A stretch of DNA of 64,000 bases. It comes from Eledone cirrhosa. Lineage: Eukaryota. The translations under genes were made by a program, and so were the position numbers. The notes under the pieces are model-generated. The model worked only from the letters and a program-made list of their open reading frames with translations, was not told where the DNA came from and made no database searches. The DNA is taken from contig OZ024744.1 of the NCBI GenBank assembly GCA_964016885.1, positions 94,364,001 to 94,428,000 on the forward strand, written 5' to 3'. Below, piece after piece: positions 39,657 to 51,800 of the stretch. How positions within the stretch are numbered: position 1 is the first letter of the stretch; every line of letters starts with the position of its first letter.

Positions 39657-40610
39657 TCATCATCATCGATTAACGTCCATCCTCCACGCTAGCATGGGTT
39701 AGATAGGTCCTATTTTAAGGCAAGTTGTGTCTTGCTCAAATAGGGGTGTTTCTGGCTGTTTTCTACGGTTGGATGCCCTTCCTAAAGGCAACCACATTTA
39801 CAGTGTGTGCTGGGTGCTTTTTACCATGTCTTTTACACATCCACTTTACAGTGGGGGGCATACCGTACATATGCTTGTGGGAAGTCGAGTCTTCTGTATT
39901 ACTGCACACCGCCAGAGATCCGGGTCATATGTCATTGCTTTTCAGAGCGGCAATTGGGCAAGGTCGGCTTTTATCACCTCATCCCAGGTCTTCCTGGGTC
40001 TCTCCACTCCAAGGCTTCCAGCGACTTTGAGCGCTCTGCACTTTTTTATGCAGCTGTCATCCTTCATACGCAACACATGTCCTCTTATGCCTAGTTTCTC
40101 TCTCAGTTCATTTATGCTTCGCCATTCTCGCATATTACTATTACACATCAATCGGAGCATGCAGGCCAATCTACGCAAATCTTCTGCACACAGCGCCCAA
40201 GTCTCACTACCATGCAACATAACTGTACGTATGCACACATCATACAGTCTGCTTTTCATTCTGAGGGAGAAGCCTTTTGTAGCCAGCAGTGGTAGTAGCT
40301 CCCTGAACTTCCTCCATCCCGTTCTTACTCTGGGTACTGTACTTTCAGAACACCCACCACTGCTGCTAATTCGGTCACCTAAGTAGCAGAAGCTATCTAC
40401 TGTTACTACAGAGCCCTCCCAGAATTTGGTAGCGCTTGTTTCCTGCGGTCGTTTGCTGCTTAGTGTTCCAGTGCAACTGCCACATGTAAAGCCTATATTC
40501 TTAGTTAAACTTCCTGAGATCCCACTACATCTCTTGTGTACCCACATTTTGTATATGGGGCAGAAGATGGAATTTCTACCAATGCCTTTCCTACACACTA
40601 GACAAGGCTA
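39657..40610 (-). mobile_element. 5'-truncated RTE-clade LINE (ORF2 C-terminus, 3'UTR, (GAT)n tail)
   Basis: ORF 39942-40598: Cys/His cluster (WVHKRCSG..FTCGSC), VDSFCYLGD, WRKFRELLPLL, HGSETW, RPRKTW.EVIK.DL, typical of RTE ORF2 ends. Confidence 0.9.
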
Positions 40611-41347
40611 CGTGTACGTGAGTCATATTGTCGATAGATGATACATATGTGTAAAATTCTTTCGTGGATGTTAGTTCTTTACTGAGGAGAAACATTTCTT
40701 AGGGATGTAATAAAATAGGTAGTGGAGCTACTTTCATGGCGTGTATCAATAATCTATCCAGGCGTTTTTTGGCTAAAGTCAGACCAATCGTAAGCCGCGT
40801 ATGGATATATATCAACTTCCGCCAGCTCAAAGATTTTCCCACTTCTTTTGTTTACACTACACAGTTGCTGCCTTTGACTGCAAGAAGTCAACACTTGCCA
40901 TGTCAATCTCACCATGTAATGGTGAGATTTCATTTCGGCCCACATCGGCCGAGCACAGAGTCTTTCTTTGTTCATAACTCTAAATTTGTTTGTTCTTTTG
41001 TTTGACATGTCAGCTCTACTTTGTAATCAGTTGCAAATAAAACATGTAAAAAGTCATAAGGTTTTATGATTCTTTTACTACAGCCATCACCTTTGGACGT
41101 GATATGGGAAGAATCCTTTCCCAAGGTTCATATCACTACCACAACAGCTTTATACTTCTCTCGTGGCTACCAAACTTACAGCCAAACTTCAACTTCTAAC
41201 ATTCATCTTTTATACGAACAACATGCACTTACCAACTAACATTTTACCTTTACGGTTAACATGGCCTATCACATAATATACCATTACATTTCTCGCTATA
41301 ACAATTAGCTAAACAACTCCTCGTGTACTATCATCTATAACAAATAA

Positions 41348-41549
41348 CATCATCATCATCAAAGTTTAACATTTATTTTCCACGGTAGCATGGGTTAGAC
41401 TGGTTTGTCCCATTTAGAGGCAAGCTGGATCGAGTGGTCGTGTCTTGCTCATATAGAGCTGTTTCTGGCTGGTTTTCTCTATGGCTGGATGCCCTTCCTA
41501 ATGCCAACCACATTTACAGTGCATGCTGGATGATTTGTGGTACTAACAT

Positions 41550-41623
<74 letters not shown>

Positions 41624-41850
41624 CACCCAGCCCACACTGTAAAGTGGATGTGTAGGCGCCACGAAAAAGCACCCAGCACTCACTGTAAATGAGGTTGGTG
41701 TTAGGAAGGGCATCCAGCTGTAGAAATCAAGCCAGATCAGTTCCTGTATGAGCAAGGCATGGTCAGCCGACCAGACACTGCACACAACAGGACAACCCGT
41801 CTAACCCATGCTAGCGTGGAAGAACGGACGTAAAACGGTGATGATGATGA
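41348..41850. mobile_element. Two RTE tails in opposite orientation separated by (TA)n
   Basis: Minus copy 41348-41545, (TA)n ~41549-41618, plus copy 41619-41850. Confidence 0.85.
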
Positions 41851-41866
41851 TATATATATGTGTGTG

Positions 41867-42717
41867 AGGATGGCTCTGAACATTAATCAGTATACACTGA
41901 GGATGAAAAACTCAGAGCTGTATGGGAGCCTCCCAAAAGTCAGCTCAAAGGTGACACAGAGGAGACTGAGGTTAGCTGGACATGCTCACAGACATCCAGA
42001 GTTGACATTGCACTCAGTGCTCCTGTGGGAGCCCCTACATGGACATGTACAGCCACCGGAAATAACAGCTGTAAAATATACAGCGCCATCTACCTGTTAG
42101 CTAGCTACTTCAATGTGAAACAAAAGAACCCTTAGAACCTACCAGAATTAGAACCTACCAGAATAAACGCCTACACATCGACTAAACAACAAAGGATTGT
42201 TCCTGTATAAATAGAGTGGTTCCTAACACTTTCGCTAGTCGACTTTTGGCAGAGTCAGCTAGCGCATCGTTGTTCCTCGCCTCTGCCACGCTTTGTCACT
42301 CACACGCCTTGTACCCCGTATCGTTGCTTCATGTGAAAATAAATAGCTGATCGAATTTACATCTCTCGCCTTGCTTCGTCCTTTCAACTTGTGCTTTCGT
42401 CTGTCCATCCTCAACAGTTCTTTTAAGGGCTATATGCGACAACAGTCCTTTTAAGGGCTATCTTCAGATCTGATCAGACCGTATGCGATAACAGTCCTTC
42501 TAAGGACTATTCTCGGATCTGATCAGAAGTAGTGACTAGACTGACCAACCACGTCGCTACAGACACACTGGAAGAGGAGGACTGAGGTTAACGTATGTTG
42601 ATGCCCTAAGGACAGACACTGGTCTGTTGGAGACGCAGGACATGGCAGCGATAATGAGGGACAGAGACCGCTGGAGAGAACTCGTCCATGGATCTCGGGA
42701 ATTTTACCCGCCCTAGA
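41867..42717 (+). mobile_element. 5'-truncated RTE/RTE-X-like LINE end, interrupted by a solo LTR
   Basis: RRLRLAGHAHRHPE..VLLWEPLHGH joins TGRGGLRLTYVDALRTDTGL..MRDRDRWRE after removing 42046-42565. Confidence 0.85.
42046..42561. mobile_element. Solo LTR, 516 bp (4-bp TSD consistent with Gypsy type)
   Basis: TGTA...TACA termini, TSD GACA on both sides, internal TATAAA and AATAAA. Confidence 0.82.
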
Positions 42718-43039
42718 TATATATATATGTGTGTGTGTATAAAAGGTAAACAGCAAAAGGTAAAAGGTAAACTGTGTATAAAAGGTAAAATAGCAACACT
42801 AATGGTACAGTATATGGAAGGAATATATTAGTTTAACGCTTGAAATAGCAGGAAGAGGGTCTTACCGTTTCGGACGCCAGTCCTTCATTGGAAGAAAGAA
42901 TGAGAAATTAGAAAGATTGGTGGGACGGGCAGGGTATGTAAGTATCAATGAATACAAATGTATGAAAAAGGGAAACATATGTAAGCGAGATGCAGCTCCC
43001 CAGTCAGTTTGAAAGGTTAGCAGCACTGAGTGAGTACTG

Positions 43040-44030
43040 CCTTGGTCTGTGATGACATGTCCAAACCATTGCTATCATGGAAAACAGACATTAAATGTGT
43101 GTATTTTATGGCATCAACACTAGAGAGGTTGTCATGTCTCTGACATAACTGAAGATTTCTCGCTACCTCTTGTTTAGTATGTTTTATATGGCTGAATACT
43201 CTTTCTATCACCAACCACTTGAGTATGTTTTATCATGTGAACAACACTAGAGCAATTGTCATGCCCTTGACACAACCGAAGAGTCCTCTCAATCCATATT
43301 TGGTATAGTTTCTGCAGTTTGTTACCCTTCCTATCACCAATCACCTTACAGAGTGCATTGTTCATTGCATCAGTACTAAAGAGGATGTTGTATCAGGATT
43401 GAAGAGTCCTCTAGCCCTTTTTGACATAGTTTCTAAGGTTGAAAACTCTTTCTAACATCAACTTCTTTACAGAGTGCACTGGGTGTGTTTTATCATGGCA
43501 CTAGTATGACCACCTTCCAGAGAGGACTAGGTGCCCCTATGCACTTGGTGGAACTTAAGACTGTACATAAGCTCTAGAAAGGTTGTTGGTGATTGCTGTT
43601 CTAGCAACCTCTCTCTGTGCTGGTGCCATGATAAAATGTACCCTGTATACTCTGCAAAGTGTTAGTTTTTAAGAAGGGTTTACTGCCATAGAAATCTCTC
43701 TTGTGTTAGTTTCACAAAAAATGTACCTAGTACACTCTGCAAAGTTGTTGGTGATATGAAAGGCCAGTTGTAGAAAATTTACCAGACAAAGGCTTGAAAA
43801 AACTCTTCAGCTGTGTTGAAGACATGACAACCTCTACTCTGCTGGTTCAATGATAAAATGTACCTGGTGCACTCTGTAGTGTGCAACAATGTATGTAAGC
43901 AGGGAACAGGCCCCCTGGCCCATCTGAGAGGTCACTAGCTCCAATTAAGTACTGACTTGCTTGTGACAACCCAGCCAACCCTAGCTAACAGGGAAAATGG
44001 ACATTAAATGATGATTGTGATGATGATGTC
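43040..44030. repeat. Old, degenerate ~125-bp repeats of an RTE-tail-related unit in two opposed blocks
   Basis: TTTTAT..CA..AACACTAGAG..TTGTCATG..TGACA.AAC.GAAGA recurs ~43100-43500; its complement recurs ~43600-43880. Confidence 0.55.
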
Positions 44031-44194
44031 ATTATCATCAGCGTTTAACGTCTATCTTCCACGCTAGCATGGGTTAGACGGGAATTGTCTCATTTGAGGC
44101 AAGATTGGTCGGGTGACCGTGTCTCGCTCGTATAGGACTATCTGGCAGGTTTTCTACAGCTGGATGCCCTTCCTAACACCAACCACATGTATAT

Positions 44195-44537
44195 AAAAAG
44201 AACTCCCTTCCCCCTTAGGTCATGAATGACCATGAGATTTGCACCTAGAAAGTTCACCTCTGAGGCACAAATCCAGGCAAGGTGTTTTTGTGGAAGACCA
44301 CCAGTTGTCCATACAGTCTCCCTTCTCCATGCCACTGCTGTTTTCCAAAGGAAAGGCAAAGACCAATACAGCTTGACACCAGTGACATCACAACTTGTTT
44401 CTCTTGTTGAGTAAACAGGAGCAATGTGAAATAAAGTGTCTTGCTCAAGGACAAAACGCATACCTGGTCCAGGAATTGAACTCACAACCTCATGATTATG
44501 AATCCAGCTTTCTAACCACTAAGCAACATGCCTTCAC
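44195..44537 (-). mobile_element. Copy of the 4735-type SINE, next to an RTE tail (44030-44190)
   Basis: Reverse-complement similarity to 4735-5077. Confidence 0.82.
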
Positions 44538-45289
44538 AGAAATATATATCTACTATATATTTGAGAGTATATATGTGTATGTATGTCACTGAAACACTCT
44601 GAAATGGTGCGTCTAGAGAAAAAAAGATTTGATTTTCAAAATCTGCATCCCAAGGAGAAGGTTTTCTGGCTAATTGGAGTTTCTTAATTCTGAAAAGTCC
44701 CTATATGGGACCATCGATATTAAACTTAATTCTGAAAAGAATGAAACAAAAACAAACACATAAATATAAGCCATAAGGCTAACTCATGCTAGCGTGGAAG
44801 ATGGACATTAAACAATGATGATGATGATGATGATGATGATAAGCATATCTCATTTCTATCAATAAAAATATTTATTAATGCACAGAATGAAAAGGTGAGA
44901 GACAGCCAATCAGATTAGCAAATGAGCTTCATTGACAGGGGATTTTTCAACTGTCGAAATGCTCTTTTCTTCTGTCTGTCTTTCAGTTTCATATTGTTAA
45001 TGAGTGCATGACTTATTGTTGGAGTGTAGCTTAGTGTTTAGGGCATTCAGCTCACAATTGTAAGTTGGGAGTTTGATTCCTGGTGATATACTATGTCATT
45101 GAGTAAGACACTTTATTTCATGTTGCTCCAGTCACTTTCCATAAAAACCACCTTGTGGATGACTGATACTTCACGGGGAATAAGTAACACGAGGTACATA
45201 ATGGGAGATGAGGTACAGAAAAGATATCGTCTGACATGGAATAAAAAAAATTGAAAGAAAGGCATTTTATGGATATTCAGTTAGTATAT

Positions 45290-45630
45290 CATTTCATTTC
45301 ATTTCATTTTACGTCCGCTTTTTCCCTGCTTACAAGGGTGGGACGGGAACTGTTTCTGGCTTGATTTCTACAGCTGGATGCCCTTCCTAACACCAACCTC
45401 ATTTACAGTGAGTGCTGGGTGCTTTTTTGCCGTGGCACCTCCACGACCACTTTGCAGTGGATTGATAGGGACCCCAGTCCCTATCATCTCATTTCTAAAG
45501 CTGAGTAAACTGGAGCAATGTGAAATAAAGTGTCTTGCTCAAGGAAACAACACATCACCTGGTCTGAGAATTGAACTCACAACCTTTTGATTGCAAGGCC
45601 AATGCTCTAACCACTAAGCCATGTGCCTCC
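45290..45630 (-). mobile_element. Second copy of the tRNA-headed SINE with RTE tail
   Basis: Near-identical reverse complement of 23812-24150. Confidence 0.88.
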
Positions 45631-45652
45631 ATCGATATATATATGTATATAT

Positions 45653-45830
45653 ATCATCATCATCATCATCATCATCATCATAGTTTGATGTCCACTTTCC
45701 ATGCTAGCATGGGTAGAACTGGCAGTGCCATTGTGAAAGATCCAGGTCAGAGGACTGTGTTTTGCTCACACAGAACTGGTTTTGGCATGGTTTCTACAGT
45801 CGGATGCCCTTCCTAATATCAACCACATTT
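45653..45830 (-). mobile_element. RTE-type 3' tail from which the 48-bp array extends
   Basis: (CAT)n, TCCACTTTCCATGCTAGCATGGGT, GGATGCCCTTCCTAA..AACCACATTTACAGTG, as in the LINE tail at 39657-39940. Confidence 0.9.
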
Positions 45831-48800
45831 ACAGTGTGGGCTGGGTGCTTTTTGTCATGTCTCTGACACAACCACATTATAGTGTGGGCTGGGCACTTTT
45901 TTGTCGTGACACCAACACAACCACTTTACAGTGTGACTGGGTGCTTTTTGTCATGACACCAACACAACCACTTTAGAGTGTGGACTGGGCACTTTTTGTT
46001 GTGACACCAGCACAACCACTTTACAGTGTGGGCTGGGTGCTTTTTGTCGTGACACCAACACAACCACTTTAGAGTGTGGACTGGGTGCTTTTTGTCGTGA
46101 CACTAACACAACCACTTTACAGTGTGGACTGGGTGCTTTTTGTTGTGACACCAGCACAACCACTTTACAGTGTGGACTGGGTGCTTTTTGTTGTGACACC
46201 AACACAACCACTTTACAGTGTGGGCTGGGTGCTTTTTGTCATGACACTAATACAACCACTTTACAGTGTGGGCTGGGTGCTTTTTGTTGTGACACCAACA
46301 CAACCACTTCACAGTGTGGGGTGGGTGCTTTTTGTCATGACACCAACACAACCACTTTACAGTGTGGACTGGGAGCTTTTTATCGTGACACCAACACAAC
46401 CACTTCACAGTGTGGGCTGGGTGCTTTTTGTCATGACACCAACACAACCACTTTACAGTGTGGGCTGGGTGCTTTTTGTCGTGACACAAACACAGCCACT
46501 TTACAGTGTGGGCTGGGTGCTTTTTGTCGTGACACTAATACAACCACTTTACAGTGTGGGCTGGGTGCTTTTTGTCGTGACACTAACACAACCACTTTAC
46601 AGTGTGGGCTGGGTGCTTTTTGTTGTGACACCAACACAACCACTTCACAGTGTGGGCTGGGTGCTTTTTGTCATGACACCAACACAACCACTTTACAGTG
46701 TGGACTGGGAGCTTTTTATCGTGACACCAACACAACCACTTCACAGTGTGGGCTGGGTGCTTTTTGTCATGACACCAACACAACCACTTTACAGTGTGGG
46801 CTGGGTGCTTTTTGTCGTGACACAAACACAGCCACTTTACAGTGTGGGCTGGGTGCCTTCTGTCGTGACACCAACACAACCACTTTACAGTGTGGGCTGG
46901 GTGCTTTTTGTCGTGACACCAACACAATCACTTTACAGTGTGGACTGGGTGCTTTTTGTCGTGACACCAACACAACCACTTTAGAGTGTGGACTGGGTGC
47001 TTTTTGTCGTGACACTTACATGACCACTTTACAGTGTAGGCTGGATGCTTTTTGTCGTGACACCAACACAACCACTTTACAGTGTGGACTGGGTGCTTTT
47101 TGTCGTGACACCAACACAACCACTTCACAGTGTGGACTGGGTGCTTTTTGTCATGACACCAACACAACGACTTTGCAGTGTGGACTGGGAGCTTTTTGTC
47201 GTGACACCAACACAACCACTTCACAGTGTGGGCTGGGTGCTTTTTGTCATGACACCAACACAACCACTTTACAGTGTGGACTGGGTGCTTTTTGTCGTGA
47301 CACTAACACAACCACTTTACAGTGTGGGCTGGGTGCTTTTTGTCGTGACACCAACACAAACACTTTACAGTGTGGACTGGGTGCTTTTTATCGTGACACC
47401 AACACAACCACTTTACAGTGTGGGCTGGGTGCTTTTTGTCGTGACACAAACACAACCACTTTACAGTGTGGGCTGGGTGCTTTTTGTCATGACACCTACA
47501 TGACCACCTTACAGTGTGGGCTGGGTGCCTTCTGTCGTGACACCAACACAACCACTTTACAGTGTGGGCTGGGTGCTTTTTGTCGTGACACCAACACAAC
47601 CACTATACAGTGTGGACTGGGTGCTTTTTGTCGTGACACCAACACAACCACTTTAGAGTGTGGACTGGGTGCTTTTTGTCGTGACACTTACATGACCACT
47701 TTACAGTGTAGGCTGGATGCTTTTTGTCGTGACACCAACACAACCACTTTACAGTGTGGACTGGGTGCTTTTTGTCGTGACACCAACACAACCACTTTAC
47801 AGTGTGGACTGGGTGCTTTTTGTCATGACACCAACACAACGACTTTGCAGTGTGGACTGGGAGCTTTTTGTCGTGACACCAACACAACCACTTCACAGTG
47901 TGGGCTGGGTGCTTTTTGTTGTGACACCTACACAACCACTTCACAGTGTGGGCTGGGTGCTTTTTGTCATGACACCAAAACAACCACTTTACAGTGTGGA
48001 CTGGGAGCTTTTTGTCGTGACACCAACACAACCACTTCACAGTGTGGGCTGGGTGCTTTTTGTCATGACACCAACACAACCACTTTACAGTGTGGACTGG
48101 GTGCTTTTTGTCGTGACACTAACACAACCACTTTACAGTGTGGACTGGGAGCTTTTTGTCGTGACACCAACACAACCACTTTACTGTGTGGGCTGGGTGC
48201 TTTTTGTCGTGACACCAACGCAACCACTTTACAGTGTGGGCTGGGTGCTTTTTGTCGTGACACGAACACAACCACTTTACAGTGTGGACTGGGTGCTTTT
48301 TGTTGTGACACCAACACAACCACTTTACAGTGTGGGCTGGGTACTTTTTGTCGTGACACCAACACAACCACTTTACAGTGTGGGCTTGGTGCTTTCTGTC
48401 ATGACATCAACACAACCACTTTACAGTGTGGACTGGCTGCTTTTTGTCGTGACACTAACACAACCACTTTACAGTGTGGGCTGGGTGCTTTTTGTCGTGA
48501 CACCAACAAAACCACTTTACAGTGTGGACTGGGTGCTTTTTGTTGTGACACCAACACAACCACTTTACAGTGTGGACTGGGAGCTTTTTGTCGTGACACC
48601 AACACAACCACTTTACAGTGTGGACTGGGTGCTTTTTGTTGTGACACCAACACAACCACTTTACAGTGTGGGCTGGGTACTTTTTGTCATGACACTAATA
48701 CAACCACTTTACAGTGTGGGCTGGGTGCTTTTTGTCGTGACACCAACACAATCACTTTACAGTGTGGACTGGGTGCTTTTTGTCGTGACACCAACACAAC

Positions 48801-51800
48801 CACTTTACAGTGTGGACTGGGTGCTTTTTGTCATGACACCTACATGACCACTTTACAGTGTGGGCTGGGTACTTTTTGTCATGACACTAATACAACCACT
48901 TTACAGTGTGGGCTGGGTGCTTTTTGTCATGACACCTACATGACCACCTTACAGTGTGGAATGGGTGCTTTTTGTCGTGACACCAACACAACCACTTTAC
49001 AGTGTGGGCTGGGTGCTTTTTGTCGTGACACGAACACAACCACTTTACAGTGTGGACTGGGTGCTTTTTGTCGTGACACCAACACAACCACTTTACAGTG
49101 TGGGCTGGGTGCTTTCTGTCGTGACATCAACACAACCACTTTACAGTGTGGACTGGGTGGTTTTTGTCATGACACCTACATGACCACCTTACAGTGTGGG
49201 CTGGGTGCTTTCTGTCGTGACACCAACACAACCACTTTACAGTGTGGACTGGGTGCTTTTTGTCGTGACACCAACACAACCACTTTACAGTGTGGGCTGG
49301 GTGCTTTTTGTCGTGACACTTACATGACCACTTTACATTGTGGGCTGGGTGCTTTTTGTCATGACACCAACACAACCACTTTACAGTGTGGACTGGGTGC
49401 TTTTTGTCGTGACACTAACACAACCACTTTACAGTGTGGGCTGGGTGCTTTTTGTTGTGACACCTACACAACCACTTCACAGTGTGGGCTGGGTGCTTTT
49501 TGTCATGACACCAACACAACCACTTTACAGTGTGGACTGGGAGCTTTTTGTCGTGACACCAACACAACCACTTCACAGTGTGGGCTGGGTGCTTTTTGTC
49601 ATGACACCAACACAACCACTTTACAGTGTGGACTGGGTGCTTTTTGTCGTGACACTAACACAACCACTTTACAGTGTGGACTGGGAGCTTTTTGTCGTGA
49701 CACCAACACAACCACTTTACAGTGTGGGCTGGGTGCTTTTTGTCGTGACACCAACGCAACCACATTACAGTGTGGGCTGGGTGCTTTTTGTCGTGACACG
49801 AACACAACCACTTTACAGTGTGGACTGGGTGCTTTTTGTCGTGACACCAACACAACCACTTTACAGTGTGGGCTGGGTGCTTTCTGTCGTGACATCAACA
49901 CAACCACTTTACAGTGTGGACTGGGTGCTTTTTGTCGTGACACTAACACAACCACTTTACAGTGTGGGCTGGGTGCTTTTTGTCGTGACACCAACACAAA
50001 CACTTTACAGTGTGGGCTGGGTGCTTTTTGTCGTGACACCAACACAACCACTTTACAATGTGGGCTGGGTGCTTTTTGTCATGACACCTACATGACCACC
50101 TTACAGTGTGGGCTGGGTGCCTTCTGTCGTGACACCAACACAACCACTTTACAGTGTGGGCTGGGTGCTTTTTGTCGTGACACCAACACAACCACTTTAC
50201 AGTGTGGACTGGGTGCTTTTTGTCGTGACACCAACACAACAACTTTAGAGTGTGGACTGGGTGCTTTTTGTCGTGACACTTACATGACCACTTTACAGTG
50301 TAGGCTGGATGCTTTTTGTCGTGACACCAACACAACCACTTTACAGTGTGGACTGGGTGCTTTTTGTCGTGACACCAACACAACCACTTTACAGTGTGGA
50401 CTGGGTGCTTTTTGTCATGACACCAACGCAACGACTTTGCAGTGTGGACTGGGAGCTTTTTGTCGTGACACCAACACAACCACTTTACAGTGTGGGCTGG
50501 GTGCTTTTTGTCATGACACCAACGCAACGACTTTGCAGTGTGGACTGGGAGCTTTTTGTTGTGACACCAACACAACCACTTCACAGTGTGGGCTGGGTGC
50601 TTTTTGTCATGACACCAACACAACCACTTTACAGTGTGGACTGGGTGCTTTTTGTCGTGACACTAACACAACCACTTTACAGTGTGGGCTGGGTGATTTT
50701 GTTGTGACACCTACACAACCACTTCACAGTGTGGGCTGGGTGCTTTTTGTCATGACACCAACACAACCACTTTACAGTGTGGACTGGGAGCTTTTTGTCG
50801 TGACACCAACACAACCACTTCACAGTGTGGGCTGGGTGCTTTTTGTCATGACACCAAAACAACCACTTTACAGTGTGGACTGGGTGCTTTTTGTCGTGAC
50901 ACTAACACAACCACTTTACAGTGTGGACTGGGAGCTTTTTGTCGTGACACCAACACAACCACTTTACAGTGTGGGCTGGGTGCTTTTTGTCATGACACCA
51001 ACGCAACCACTTTACAGTGTGGGCTGGGTGCTTTTTGTCGTGACACGAACACAACCACTTTACAGTGTGGACTGGGTGCTTTTTGTCGTGACACCAACAC
51101 AACCACTTTACAGTGTGGACTGGGTGCTTTTTGTCATGACACCAACGCAACGACTTTGCAGTGTGGACTGGGAGCTTTTTGTCGTGACACCAACACAACC
51201 ACTTCACAGTGTGGGCTGGGTGCTTTTTGTCATGACACCAACACAACCACTTTACAGTGTGGACTGGGTGCTTTTTGTCGTGACACTAACACAACCACTT
51301 TACAGTGTGGGCTGGGTGCTTTTTGTCGTGACACCAACACAAACACTTTACAGTGTGGACTGGGTGCTTTTTGTCGTGACACCAACACAACCACTTTACA
51401 GTGTGGGCTGGGTGCTTTTTGTCGTGACACAAACACAACCACTTTACAGTGTGGGCTGGGTACTTTTTGTCATGACACTAATACAACCACTTTACAGTGT
51501 GGGCTGGGTGCTTTTTGTCGTGACACCAACACAATCACTTTACAGTGTGGACTGGGTGCTTTTTGTCGTGACACCAACACAACCACTTTACAGTGTGGAC
51601 TGGGTGCTTTTTGTCATGACACCTACATGACCACTTTACAGTGTGGGCTGGGTACTTTTTGTCATGACACTAATACAACCACTTTACAGTGTGGGCTGGG
51701 TGCTTTTTGTCATGACACCTACATGACCACCTTACAGTGTGGAATGGGTGCTTTTTGTCGTGACACCAACACAACCACTTTACAGTGTGGGCTGGGTGCT

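Noticed and set aside
39727-40386. 219-aa + strand ORF
   Set aside because: Antisense shadow of the RTE ORF2 fragment
42835-42900. Penelope-like terminal motif (CCGTTTCGG..CCTTCAT)
   Set aside because: Too short, with no associated RT or GIY-YIG sequence
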